From Candidatus Moraniibacteriota bacterium (GTDB taxonomy: Bacteria; Patescibacteriota; Minisyncoccia; Moranbacterales; UBA1568): DNA of 64,000 nt. The stretch spans positions 21,067-85,066 of the forward strand of contig CAVZUR010000003.1 in the NCBI GenBank assembly GCA_963778555.1. The letters are read 5' to 3'. The position numbers and the translations under genes are program-made. Numbering within the stretch: position 1 is the first letter of the stretch; each line of letters begins with the position of its first letter. This document shows, one piece after another, positions 9,457 to 18,597 of the stretch. The notes below the pieces were generated by a model. It did not search any database. It was not told the DNA's origin and worked only from the letters and a program-made list of their open reading frames with translations.

Positions 9457-9909
9457 TCACTGATCGAATTTCTCCAGAGCACGGCGGAAGCCACGCGCGC
9501 TGCCGAAGGACTGGTACACGCTCGCGAAGCGGATATACGCCACTTCGTCTACGTCCTTCAGTTTATCGAGAACAATCGTTCCGATATCGCGGCTCGCGAT
9601 CTGATTCTTCTTCGCCCGCTCGGCGATAGTGTACTCGATGGCGCCGAGGAGCTTTTCCAATCGGTCTTCGGGCATCGGCCGCTTCTCGAATGCCTTGCGC
9701 AACCCCACCTCGATCTTCTTGCGCTCATAGGGCTGATGCTGGCCGTCTTTCTTGATGACGGACACACGAAAGAGCTCAGCCTGCTCATAGGTCGAAAACC
9801 GCGCCTGACACGACAGACACTCGCGCCTCCGGCGGATGACCCGGCCTTCGAGCGTTTCTCGCGAGTCGGTCACTTTCGATTCGGGATGATTGCAGAATGG
9901 ACAGCGCAT
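9457..9909 (-). CDS. nrdR: transcriptional repressor NrdR
   Basis: MRCPFC...DSR...RRRRECLSC..RFSTYE, ATP cone, VAYIRFASVY. Confidence 0.97.
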   Translation of the reverse strand: MRCPFCNHPESKVTDSRETLEGRVIRRRRECLSCQARFSTYEQAELFRVSVIKKDGQHQPYERKKIEVGLRKAFEKRPMPEDRLEKLLGAIEYTIAERAKKNQIASRDIGTIVLDKLKDVDEVAYIRFASVYQSFGSARGFRRALEKFDQ

Positions 9910-10008
9910 AGGCCAGAAAAATAGCTTGTCCCTCACTCTAGCAAATTGGCCACAAAAGAAAAGGCCACCCTGACATTGCAAGGCGGCACTGGAAAACAGG
10001 CGGGGGGG

Positions 10009-10407
10009 TCAACCGGTGGGACGAGGCGGGTCAACAAACGCTTGCCGAATCACCTCTGGGAGCAGCTCCGCAATGGACGACTTCAGGAAACAGGCCGTAG
10101 CGCCGCGCTGCATGACCGCCGCGACGGCACCCTCATTGAGGTCGGTGCTCATGAGAACGACCGGCAAGTGGCGAAGTGTTGGATCAGCCTTGATGGCTTT
10201 CAGCAATTCGAAGCCATTCAATCTCGGCATGTGGATATCGGAAATGACGAAGTCATACGGCGCGGCCCGGAGCATCTCGAGCGCAGCGAGACCGTCCACA
10301 GCGGTCGCGACCTGGAGAGAGCCGATTTCTACCAGATAGTTTCGGACTGCGTCACGGACCGCTGGGTGGTCATCGACGAGGAGGAATCTCAATTCGGCTG
10401 GATTCAC
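10009..10407 (-). CDS. stand-alone CheY-like response regulator receiver
   Basis: LRFLLVDD, DGLAALEML, FVISDIHMPRLNGFELL, LPVVLMST, conserved Lys; AAGGAG before GTG. Confidence 0.88.
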   Translation of the reverse strand: MNPAELRFLLVDDHPAVRDAVRNYLVEIGSLQVATAVDGLAALEMLRAAPYDFVISDIHMPRLNGFELLKAIKADPTLRHLPVVLMSTDLNEGAVAAVMQRGATACFLKSSIAELLPEVIRQAFVDPPRPTG

Positions 10408-10434
10408 ACGGTTCTCCTTGAAATGGTTGGCGCG

Positions 10435-10860
10435 TCAGCCAGGTTGCTGGATGGCATCGATCTCGTAGACGGTGCAGCCGCCTTCGTCCAGTGCGACACA
10501 GTTCGCTTTCTGGGGTGGCAACTCCCGCGAGAGAGTCTTGAGAGCCGGTATGACCTCGGGACACTCTTCTGCGATGAGGGCGCAGACTTCCACTGTGACC
10601 GCACCTTGGGCGACAGGCTCCTGTCCCGCGTCCCGGTACGGCTGCCAATTGGCATTCGGCATGAGCTTATCGACGAGTCCGCGCCAACGGCTATCGACCT
10701 CGATGCAGACGATGACGAACTCGTCGTTCATCTGACCGCGGATGTGCAAGGAGCGGTACGCCAGATGCTGCAGCCGATCCATGCTCTGCGACACCATTTC
10801 ATGGCGCCGCGCCGCCGCCGGTGACAAATCCATGCCAATCGGTGTTGTTTGAGCACTCAT
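10435..10860 (-). CDS. hypothetical protein (MSAQTTPIG...)
   Basis: AAAGGAG before ATG; protein-like composition; directly upstream of the CheY-like gene. Confidence 0.7.
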   Translation of the reverse strand: MSAQTTPIGMDLSPAAARRHEMVSQSMDRLQHLAYRSLHIRGQMNDEFVIVCIEVDSRWRGLVDKLMPNANWQPYRDAGQEPVAQGAVTVEVCALIAEECPEVIPALKTLSRELPPQKANCVALDEGGCTVYEIDAIQQPG

Positions 10861-10945
10861 GTTGCTCTCTCCTTTGTTAAGGTAAGGTCCGGAATCGGAC
10901 AAGAAAAAATACCATGTTTCCCCCACTTTGTCTACCCACCCAAAC

Positions 10946-11040
10946 AAAAACCCGAGGAGCTGCTCCTCGGGTCAATCAATCAGCGAAAAGAATTTTCTTT
11001 TGTTTTTGTTCGGTTTCCATAGTTACTCAGACTCTAGCAG
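10946..11040 (-). promoter_or_regulatory. extended -10 promoter, 14-aa leader ORF (METEQKQKKILFAD, 10976-11020) and intrinsic terminator
   Basis: TGCTAGAGT at 11031-11039; short ORF; hairpin CCCGAGGAGC-A-GCTCCTCGGG followed by TTTTTGTTT. Confidence 0.55.
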
Positions 11041-11055
11041 GAAATAATGAAATAG

Positions 11056-11649
11056 TTACTTTTTCTCATTAATTTTAACCTCCATCTCTTGCTGACCATT
11101 CCAAGAAACAGATAGCTTTTTATCAAAACTACCTCCATTTTCAAGATAGAAAGTCAATGTTAATTCCGTTTCTCCTGTTTCTAGAGAATCAAATTTTCGG
11201 TTGCCACCACTATGAAGCGTCGATATCCTGACATTCGTGCCCCCATTAGCAACATCATGTGTGAGCACATCAAGATACGCAATTTGATCATGAACTATAT
11301 TTCTAGCCACTTCATTCACATGCGTCCAATTTAATGGAACAGAGAGGTATGGCGTCCTTTTATTCCCGCTCTCAATTATGCTTGTAACATCCACTTGTAC
11401 AAATCTTGCTGTCTCCTTTCCAGCATTTTTTATAGCAAGACGCCAATATTCATTTTCCTTCTGTACAAATTTTTCAATGTCATCAACAATAACCAGTCGA
11501 GGTTTAATTCCTATAAGAGGCTTTAGATATCGTCCGATTCCACTGGCAATAAGTAGCGCAACAAGTGAACTCCAAAATATCTCATTACCCAGAATTTCGA
11601 CTAAACTATCTATCGATTTAGTAATAATTTGACAGATTTCATCTGACAT
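11056..11649 (-). CDS. AT-rich hypothetical membrane-anchored protein
   Basis: Long ORF with an N-terminal TM; visibly lower GC than its neighbours, so probably acquired. Confidence 0.7.
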   Translation of the reverse strand: MSDEICQIITKSIDSLVEILGNEIFWSSLVALLIASGIGRYLKPLIGIKPRLVIVDDIEKFVQKENEYWRLAIKNAGKETARFVQVDVTSIIESGNKRTPYLSVPLNWTHVNEVARNIVHDQIAYLDVLTHDVANGGTNVRISTLHSGGNRKFDSLETGETELTLTFYLENGGSFDKKLSVSWNGQQEMEVKINEKK

Positions 11650-11669
11650 ACAAGTGTGTTTAATCAGTA

Positions 11670-11692
11670 TCAAAAACGCCCCGGGTGGGGCG
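11670..11692 (-). terminator. ftsZ terminator
   Basis: CGCCCC-ACCC-GGGGCG-TTTTT. Confidence 0.6.
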
Positions 11693-11700
11693 CTGGCACT

Positions 11701-12937
11701 TTATTTCTTCATCTTGCGGCGGATGAAGGCCGGAATCTCCAGGTCTTCCTCCTCGACGATGTCCTTCGACTCCTGCCGCAGGCCGAAACTCTTGGGCTGA
11801 ATCTTTTCTTCGATAATGAGCGGGGTTGGCTCGATCTGGCGCGAGGTGAAGGTCGTCGGCTCGCCCAGCGTATCCGCGACTTCGTCCTCGGGTTCCTCGC
11901 GGCGATAATTGGATGTCATCTGGCCGATAGTCGGGCTCTTGGCGCGCTGGACCAGGCCGATCGGCATTTCCTTCACCTTGCCGGAATCGAAACCGGTCGC
12001 CACGACGGTAATCTGAATGTCGCCCTTCCGGATCTGTTCGTCCACCACCGCGCCAAAGATGACTTTCGCGTTGGGGTCGATGTTCTCGGTGATGACATTG
12101 GCGGCCTCGTTGATTTCGAGCATGCCGACATCGGTCGAGCCAGAGATATTGAAGAGGACGCCTTTCGCCCCGTCGATAGAAATCTCGAGCAAGCGGGGAA
12201 TTGATGGCGGCGCGGGCGGCCTCGACGGCGCGGTTTTCGCCAGAGGCGATGCCGATACCCATGAGGGCGGAGCCGGAATCCTGCATGATGGCGCGGACAT
12301 CAGCGAAGTCGACGTTCACGATACCCGGCCGGGTGATGAGGTCGGAAATCCCCTGCACGCCCTGTCGCAGGACATCGTCGACGATGCGAAAGGCGGAGAT
12401 GAGCGTCGTCTTCCGGTCGATGATAGAGAGAAGCTTGTCGTTCGGGATGGTGATGAGCGTATCGACGCGGTCCTTCAGATTATTCAACGCTTCATCGGCG
12501 ATGGCACGGCGTTGGGAGCCTTCGAAGGCGAACGGTCGCGTGACGACACCGACGGTGAGGGCGCCGAGCTCTTTGGCGGTCTCCGCGACGATGGGGGCCG
12601 CGCCGGAACCGGTCCCGCCGCCGAGGCCACAGGTGACGAACACCATGTCGGCGCCTTTCAAGACTTCTTGGATCTCATCGCGGTTCTCTTCCGCGGCTTG
12701 ACGGCCGATCTCGGGATTCATCCCGGCGCCGAGTCCCTTGGTCAGATTCTTGCCGATGTGAATTTTCTCCTGAGCGCGCGAGTGATGCAGCGCCTGCGCA
12801 TCGGTGTTGATAGCGACGAATTCGACACCCTTGATCTTGGCATCGATCATCCGCGAAATCGCATTGCCACCAGAACCGCCGACGCCGACGACTTTGATTT
12901 TGGCGAACGTTTCGATGTCGGGTTTGATCTCGGCCAT
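11701..12937 (-). CDS. ftsZ: cell division protein FtsZ (frameshift near 12192)
   Basis: [29 protein letters not shown]. The second frame gives [13 protein letters not shown]...[10 protein letters not shown]. Confidence 0.97.
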
Positions 12938-13060
12938 ACGGGCTACTGTGTCATCAATCGTTAAATGAGTCATCCAGCAGACACCTGAGCCTGAGACAAC
13001 ACAACCTCGGGCGGTTTCGCTTGATGAACCACTCTATCACGCACAAAGTCGGGGTGTCAA

Positions 13061-13160
13061 CCCCGTTAGAAACGCGGTTTTCCCCTGAAAGTGAAGCTCT
13101 TTCCAGGTACTTCATCATCCTCTCAAAAGAACGGGTTGCGTTCGTACATTTCTAACGGGG
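13061..13160. mobile_element. 100-bp MITE-like element, copy 1
   Basis: Terminal inverted repeat CCCCGTTAGAAA...TTTCTAACGGGG; CAA on both flanks. Confidence 0.75.
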
Positions 13161-13172
13161 CAAGAAATCCCC

Positions 13173-14441
13173 TCAGGGCAGAAAGCGCCGGAACAGGCCC
13201 TTGGCCTGACCAGCCAAGCCACCCCAATCACCCGGAATGCGGCCGAGAAATTTCGAGGCGCGGCCGAAGGTGAAGCCCTCACCCGTATCGCCGTCAGCCT
13301 GCGACAACAGCAACAGTCCCACCACCGTCGCCGACGCGGGGCTGTCGACCTGATCGAGAATGCCGCCGAGCGGTTTCGGATAGCCAATCTGCGCCGGCAG
13401 TCGCAATTTTCTTTTGGCGAGATCGACCGAACCAGGCACGAGAATGCCGCCGCCGGTCAAGATCACGCCCGCCGGCAGGAGCGCTTCGCGATTGATAGAT
13501 TTGAGTTCGAGATTGACGTAATGGAAAATTTCTTCGAGCCGCGCTTCGATAATCTCGGCGACATGATGGCGCGAGATCTCATCGTTCTCCTGCGAATCGA
13601 ATTGGGAAAGATCGATCGCTTCTTTCTTACCGATCTCGCTCGGAATCGCGTGGCCATACTGGACCTTCACCGCTTCGGCGACATCGATCGATGTCCGGAG
13701 GCCGATGGCGATGTCATTGGTCACGTGGCTGCCGCCGACGGGCAAGACCGCCAGGTGGAGGAGATCGCCGTCTTCGAAAACGGCCAGGGATGTGGTGTTG
13801 GCGCCGATATTGACGAGTACGACACCAAGCTCTTTCTGCTTGGGACTGAGAATGGCTTCGGCCGAGGCGAGCGGTTCGGCGATGAAATGATGGGCGGTGA
13901 TACCGGCGAGCTCCAGACTCCGGACGAGATTCTTCAGATGATTGCTCCCCGTCCCGACCACGAGCGAAGAGAGTTCAAGCCGGACGCCCCGGAGACCGAT
14001 AGGGTCTTTGATATTCGCTTGATCGTCGAGCCGGTAGTGCTGCGGGACGACATGGAGGATCTCTTTGTTGGCACCGAGGATGGTCCGCGCCTGTGTTTCC
14101 TCGACGATGCGGGCGAGATCGTCCTCGGTGACCTCGCCGTCCGCCTTGCCGACGGCAATCACGCCGATCGCAGACTGGGCGAACAGATCCGATCCCGAAA
14201 CGGAACAGGCGACCGAATTGGTCGCGACGCCCGCCATGCCTTCCGCCGCCTCGAGGGCGGCATTGATGGATTTGGCGACCTCTTCCGGCTGGACGACGAT
14301 GCCGCGCCGGATGCCGACTGAAGGAACAGCGCCGACGCCGATGACCTTCAGCGGTCCATCGTCATGCGGCAAGAGAGCGATGACCGCCCGAACGGTCGCC
14401 GAGCCGATATCGAGGCCGACAATGTGCTGTGATTTCGCCAT
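13173..14441 (-). CDS. ftsA: cell division protein FtsA
   Basis: VGLDIGS, GVVLVNIGANTT, GGSHVTNDIA, GVILTGGG; upstream of ftsZ. Confidence 0.96.
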   Translation of the reverse strand: MAKSQHIVGLDIGSATVRAVIALLPHDDGPLKVIGVGAVPSVGIRRGIVVQPEEVAKSINAALEAAEGMAGVATNSVACSVSGSDLFAQSAIGVIAVGKADGEVTEDDLARIVEETQARTILGANKEILHVVPQHYRLDDQANIKDPIGLRGVRLELSSLVVGTGSNHLKNLVRSLELAGITAHHFIAEPLASAEAILSPKQKELGVVLVNIGANTTSLAVFEDGDLLHLAVLPVGGSHVTNDIAIGLRTSIDVAEAVKVQYGHAIPSEIGKKEAIDLSQFDSQENDEISRHHVAEIIEARLEEIFHYVNLELKSINREALLPAGVILTGGGILVPGSVDLAKRKLRLPAQIGYPKPLGGILDQVDSPASATVVGLLLLSQADGDTGEGFTFGRASKFLGRIPGDWGGLAGQAKGLFRRFLP

Positions 14442-14532
14442 AGAGAGAGGAGCAAGAAAAGAAAGACGAGAGATTCCCGCTCATGCGCCTCATTATACCC
14501 CAAGAGAAACATGCCTGCCACCGACTGCGCGG

Positions 14533-14880
14533 CTACCAGACGTACGGGAGAAAAATGACAGCGCCCGCGATGGCGGCGCCGACGGAGGCGATGAGCACTG
14601 ACCCGGCCACGAGATCCTTGATCACTCTCACATAGGGATGGATCCGGGGCTTCATCATATCGAGCATGCGCTCGAACGAAGTATTCACCAGCTCGAGCGA
14701 GAGGACGAGGACGGTGACAATTGCCAGGGTTGCTCGCTCATTGCCAGACAACGGATAATGCCAGGCTAAAAAAGCGACCACCAGCGCGACAGCCAGTTCG
14801 ATATGGAAATTGCGCTCTTCCCGGACCGCGTAGGCGATACCGGCAAAGGCATGTCGGAAACTCCGGAAAAACTTATGCAT
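14533..14880 (-). CDS. dgkA: diacylglycerol/undecaprenol kinase family
   Basis: SFRHAFAGI, ERNF, LELVNTSFE, IKDLVAGSV. Confidence 0.92.
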   Translation of the reverse strand: MHKFFRSFRHAFAGIAYAVREERNFHIELAVALVVAFLAWHYPLSGNERATLAIVTVLVLSLELVNTSFERMLDMMKPRIHPYVRVIKDLVAGSVLIASVGAAIAGAVIFLPYVW

Positions 14881-15370
14881 GCGATTTGGTTTTCTTCTTT
14901 CCCACATGTGCGGCTGGAGCCAGCCGATCAGTCACGGCATCTTGGATCTGAAACATCCGTTCCTCATGGTCGAAGCCGGCCAAATGGAGGACGCCATGCG
15001 CGAACACGTAGGTGAACTCACGCCTCCATGATACACCATCCTCGGCCGCCGAACGAGCGATGAAATCGGGCGAAAGCACAATCTGACCGAGTTCGATCGG
15101 TCCGGTCAGCGGCGCAGTGGCCAGTGCTTCCACGCTCTCGAAAGAGCCGAAGGAGAGGATATCGGTCGGTTTCTCGGTACGACGATATTCGCTGTTGAGC
15201 GCGGCGATCTCGGCGTCGGACACGCAGGCGACATCGAGACTCACCGTCTGTGCTGACCCGAAACGCCGCGGAAATGCCCGCGTGAGGCTCTCGCGGATGA
15301 TCCGACGGAGAAAAAAAAGCGAAAGCCCGTTCAGGGCTTCCTCTCCGCTTACGGTCAGTCGGATCCGCAT
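14873..15370 (-). CDS. ybeY: rRNA maturation endoribonuclease YbeY
   Basis: LNSEYR..KPTDILSF, HGVLHLAGFDH. Confidence 0.95.
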   Translation of the reverse strand: MRIRLTVSGEEALNGLSLFFLRRIIRESLTRAFPRRFGSAQTVSLDVACVSDAEIAALNSEYRRTEKPTDILSFGSFESVEALATAPLTGPIELGQIVLSPDFIARSAAEDGVSWRREFTYVFAHGVLHLAGFDHEERMFQIQDAVTDRLAPAAHVGKKKTKSHA

Positions 15371-15372
15371 AG

Positions 15373-15825
15373 CTAGGTCAGTTTCGCCATGACGAGCTCT
15401 CGGACAACAGCGCCATCTGCCTGTCCGGCCGTCTCCTTCATGACCGCTCCCATAACGCGACCCATGTCTTTCGCCGTCGCGTCCGGTAGACCAGCGAGGA
15501 CACGTGCGACGATAGCCTCCACGGCGTCGCGCGAGAGCTGCGCCGGGAGATAGCCTTCGATCAAAGCGAGCTCGGCCGCTTCCTTTTCGACAAGGTCTTC
15601 ACGCTTTGCCGCACGATACTGTTCGATTGAGTCTTTGCGCTGCTTCACGAGCCGCTTTACCACGTCCTGCACCTCGCCGTCGGTAAATTCCGCGACCGGT
15701 TTGCGCTTCTCGATGGCAGCATTCTTGACGGCGCTCTGAAGGAAGCGCAACGTGTCGCGCTTCACCGTTTCACCCGCCTTCATGGCGGTTTTCAGTTCAT
15801 CGCTGATCTCTGTAATGAGAGACAT
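15373..15825 (-). CDS. yqeY: GatB/YqeY domain protein
   Basis: ELKTAMKAG, KQRKDSIEQY, YLPAQLS, KDMGRVMG. Confidence 0.93.
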   Translation of the reverse strand: MSLITEISDELKTAMKAGETVKRDTLRFLQSAVKNAAIEKRKPVAEFTDGEVQDVVKRLVKQRKDSIEQYRAAKREDLVEKEAAELALIEGYLPAQLSRDAVEAIVARVLAGLPDATAKDMGRVMGAVMKETAGQADGAVVRELVMAKLT

Positions 15826-15841
15826 AGTGCAGTTTTCACAA

Positions 15842-15960
15842 GTCTTTGAAGATTCGGTGAGCCGCGCGAAGCTTTTGAGCAGTGAGCGAGACGTATCAGG
15901 GGCATACGTTCGAGCGAAAGGCGCAGAAAGCGACAAAGCGGATCGCCGAATCTAAAAGAC
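15842..15960. repeat. ~120-bp REP-like palindromic element between rpsU and yqeY
   Basis: GTCTTT..AGATTCGGTGA.CCGC pairs with GCGG.TCGCCGAATCT.AAAGAC; inner hairpin ACGTAT..ATACGT. Confidence 0.6.
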
Positions 15961-15961
15961 G

Positions 15962-16213
15962 TTAGCGGATTTTTTTCTTGATGTCGCGGAGCGCTTCATC
16001 ATCGAACTTGCCGAGCTTCTTCAAGCGGCCGATTTCCTTCCGAATTTTCACTTTATAGAGAGCTTCGTCCCGTCGCTTGGGACGACTTTGTTCTTCCTGT
16101 CGGAAGCGGAGCTTGCGGACGCGCTTCAAGACGCCGGACTGCTGGACGCGACGTGAAAAACGCCGGATGAGGCTTTCCGCGGTTTCCTTCTCTTTTCGTT
16201 CTATGTAAATCAT
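15962..16213 (-). CDS. rpsU: 30S ribosomal protein bS21
   Basis: ETAESLIRRFSRRVQQSGVL; located next to yqeY; preceded by AAAGGAGGT. Confidence 0.88.
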   Translation of the reverse strand: MIYIERKEKETAESLIRRFSRRVQQSGVLKRVRKLRFRQEEQSRPKRRDEALYKVKIRKEIGRLKKLGKFDDEALRDIKKKIR

Positions 16214-16322
16214 AGCGACCTCCTTTCTTCGTTACGCGTGTACCCTTCAAGAGAGCTCGCGTGCTCGTGGACACTGGATTCCTGGAGGGAACCGCACCGT
16301 ACCGAGCACACTCGTCCTCTCA

Positions 16323-16676
16323 CTACTCGCCGGATGGATGGATGTTTTCCGAGAGCCTCGCTCCACCGAGGAGATGGAGGTGGAGATGCGGCACTTCCTG
16401 ACCACCGTCGCGACCGACCCGGAACAAGAGTTTATACCCTTTTTCTGAAATGTTCAAGTCCCGAGCGAGATCGCGCGCGATGCGGAACATCCGACCCACG
16501 ACCGGCACGTCCTCATCCCCCATCTCGGCGATGCTCACGATGAGCTTCTTGGGAACAATGAGGACGTGCACCGGCGCAATGGGATGAAGGTCATGGAACG
16601 CCATGATTTCGTCATCCTCATACAGGAAGTCTTTTGGGATCTCTCGGTCGCGAATTTTTTCAAAGACGGTTTTCAT
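16323..16676 (-). CDS. hinT: histidine triad (HIT) nucleotide-binding protein
   Basis: VFEKIRDREIP, APVHVLIVPK, GQEVPHLHLHLLGG. Confidence 0.93.
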   Translation of the reverse strand: MKTVFEKIRDREIPKDFLYEDDEIMAFHDLHPIAPVHVLIVPKKLIVSIAEMGDEDVPVVGRMFRIARDLARDLNISEKGYKLLFRVGRDGGQEVPHLHLHLLGGARLSENIHPSGE

Positions 16677-16679
16677 ATC

Positions 16680-17024
16680 TCACTTTTCCTGTTCACGGAG
16701 CTTCCTCATTTTCGCTTCGGCAACCGAAATCCGGAGATCCCACTTGTTTATGCCTTTCGGGGTGATGCTGTCTCGATACGATTCAATAGTATCCTGCTCG
16801 TTCGCCGGAAGCCTTGTATTCGCTTCAGCGAGCTGTGCTGCCTGCTCTTCTGTTGAAAGCGAGTCGAACACCTCAAGCGCATTCGGCTTTCCCTTTTCAG
16901 CCTTGAAACGGATCACTTCTTCTTCAAGGGCACGGAGCTGTTGCTCAACCGAAAGCTCTGGCGATTTCTTGGCTTCAGCCTGGGAGTTTGCCTTAAGCGC
17001 ATTCAGATCAAATTGTTCGCTCAT
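16680..17024 (-). CDS. hypothetical protein
   Basis: Fills the gap between hisS and the HIT gene, same strand, tight spacing. Confidence 0.65.
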   Translation of the reverse strand: MSEQFDLNALKANSQAEAKKSPELSVEQQLRALEEEVIRFKAEKGKPNALEVFDSLSTEEQAAQLAEANTRLPANEQDTIESYRDSITPKGINKWDLRISVAEAKMRKLREQEK

Positions 17025-17042
17025 AGCCCTCGTGCCAAAAAT

Positions 17043-18560
17043 TTACTCCTTATGCTTAGCATGATCACGCTTCTCCTTTTCGAGCCGCTCTTTCTCCTCC
17101 TCTTCTTCATCGTCTTCATCGGGCTTCGGCAGCGGAATGCCGTTCGGTCCCATCAGCGCGAGATTCGATTTGAGAATCTTCTTGGCGGCATCGACGAGTT
17201 TTGCCTGGATGACAGTCTCCTGCGTGCCCGAGACCATATCCTTCACGATCGCGGTGCCGTCGAGCGCTTCCTTCTGGCCAATGATAATGGTCACTTCGAC
17301 CCCGAGACGATTCGCGACACGGAGCTGGCTCTTGAGCGTCCCGCGACCGAACGATTCTGCGATGAGAATACCATTTTTCTCCAGATCAGCGAAGAGGCGA
17401 AGCGACTTCTTTTTCGCCATATCGCCGAGCTGGGCGAGGAAGACGCGGGGTTTCGGCTCGATATAGGGCTTCACCTGCGTGCGCTTCATCTCGAGGATGA
17501 TACGGTCGAGACCGAGACCGAAACCGATGGCCGGAGTCGCTTCGCCGCCGAGCGCCTGGATGAGGCGGTCATACCGCCCGCCGCCGCCAAGGGAGTAGGT
17601 GCGGCCCTCTTTATCACTCGAACGGATCTCGAAGACAGTCCGCGTATAGTAGTCCAGGCCGCGCACCAGGCGTGTATTGATGACATACGGGAGTTCGAGC
17701 TCATCGAGATATTCGAGGAGGCGCTTGAAGTGATCGCGAGAAGCCTGGTCGAGATAATCGAGCGACTGCGGTGCGTGCGTTGTGATCTGGATGCACTTCT
17801 CTTCTTTGCAATCGAGAATGCGCATCGGATTCGTGGTCAGGCGCTCTTTGCAGTTCTGGCAGAGACGATGCTTCTGTGATTCCAGGTACCGGACGAGCAC
17901 CTTCTCGTAGTCGCGACGCGATTCCGGCGTGCCGATGGAGTTCACCTGGAACTCGATATTCTTCAGCCCCAGGTCGCGGACAACACGGAAGGCAAGCTGG
18001 ATCACCTGAGCGTCGAGAATCGGATCCTCTTCACCGAAAACGTCGAAGTTCGCCTGGGTATGCTCGCGGTAACGGCCTTCCTGCGGCCGATCGTAACGGA
18101 AAAGCGATCCCATGGAAAACAACTTAATCGGCTTCGGAAGCACGTTCATTCCATGTTCAATAAAGGCCCGGCAGAGGCCTGCGGTCATCTCGGGACGAAG
18201 CGCCACACGGTCGCCGCCACGTGTATTGAACACATACATCTCCTTGTCGATGATATCAGTCCCTGCACCGAGCGTCCGCAGATAGAGGTGAGCGAATTCT
18301 GCCATTGGCAGATCGATACGGCGATAGCCATACTCGAGCTGCGCGTGGGAAAGGATGCGGCGGACTCGCTCCCAATAAGGCTGTTCATCCGGCAGAATGT
18401 CTCGCATTCCGCGAAGCGCCTGCAGCAGAATCTCTTCCTGCACCTGGACGGGCGCCGTCGGCGCGAGTTTCTTTTCCTTTTCGATCTTCCTCACCGGTGC
18501 CTTGGTCTTTCTTGAGGCAGGCATCCGCTGGGTTCCTTTTTTCTTCGTGGTCTTGGCCAT
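17043..18560 (-). CDS. hisS: histidine--tRNA ligase
   Basis: RGMRDILP, LRPEMTA, FRYDRPQEGRYRE, LVRGLDYYT, GGGRYD. Confidence 0.97.
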   Translation of the reverse strand: MAKTTKKKGTQRMPASRKTKAPVRKIEKEKKLAPTAPVQVQEEILLQALRGMRDILPDEQPYWERVRRILSHAQLEYGYRRIDLPMAEFAHLYLRTLGAGTDIIDKEMYVFNTRGGDRVALRPEMTAGLCRAFIEHGMNVLPKPIKLFSMGSLFRYDRPQEGRYREHTQANFDVFGEEDPILDAQVIQLAFRVVRDLGLKNIEFQVNSIGTPESRRDYEKVLVRYLESQKHRLCQNCKERLTTNPMRILDCKEEKCIQITTHAPQSLDYLDQASRDHFKRLLEYLDELELPYVINTRLVRGLDYYTRTVFEIRSSDKEGRTYSLGGGGRYDRLIQALGGEATPAIGFGLGLDRIILEMKRTQVKPYIEPKPRVFLAQLGDMAKKKSLRLFADLEKNGILIAESFGRGTLKSQLRVANRLGVEVTIIIGQKEALDGTAIVKDMVSGTQETVIQAKLVDAAKKILKSNLALMGPNGIPLPKPDEDDEEEEEKERLEKEKRDHAKHKE

Positions 18561-18597
18561 AGACGTGGCATTAATAAAAAAACGGGAATGAATAGAA

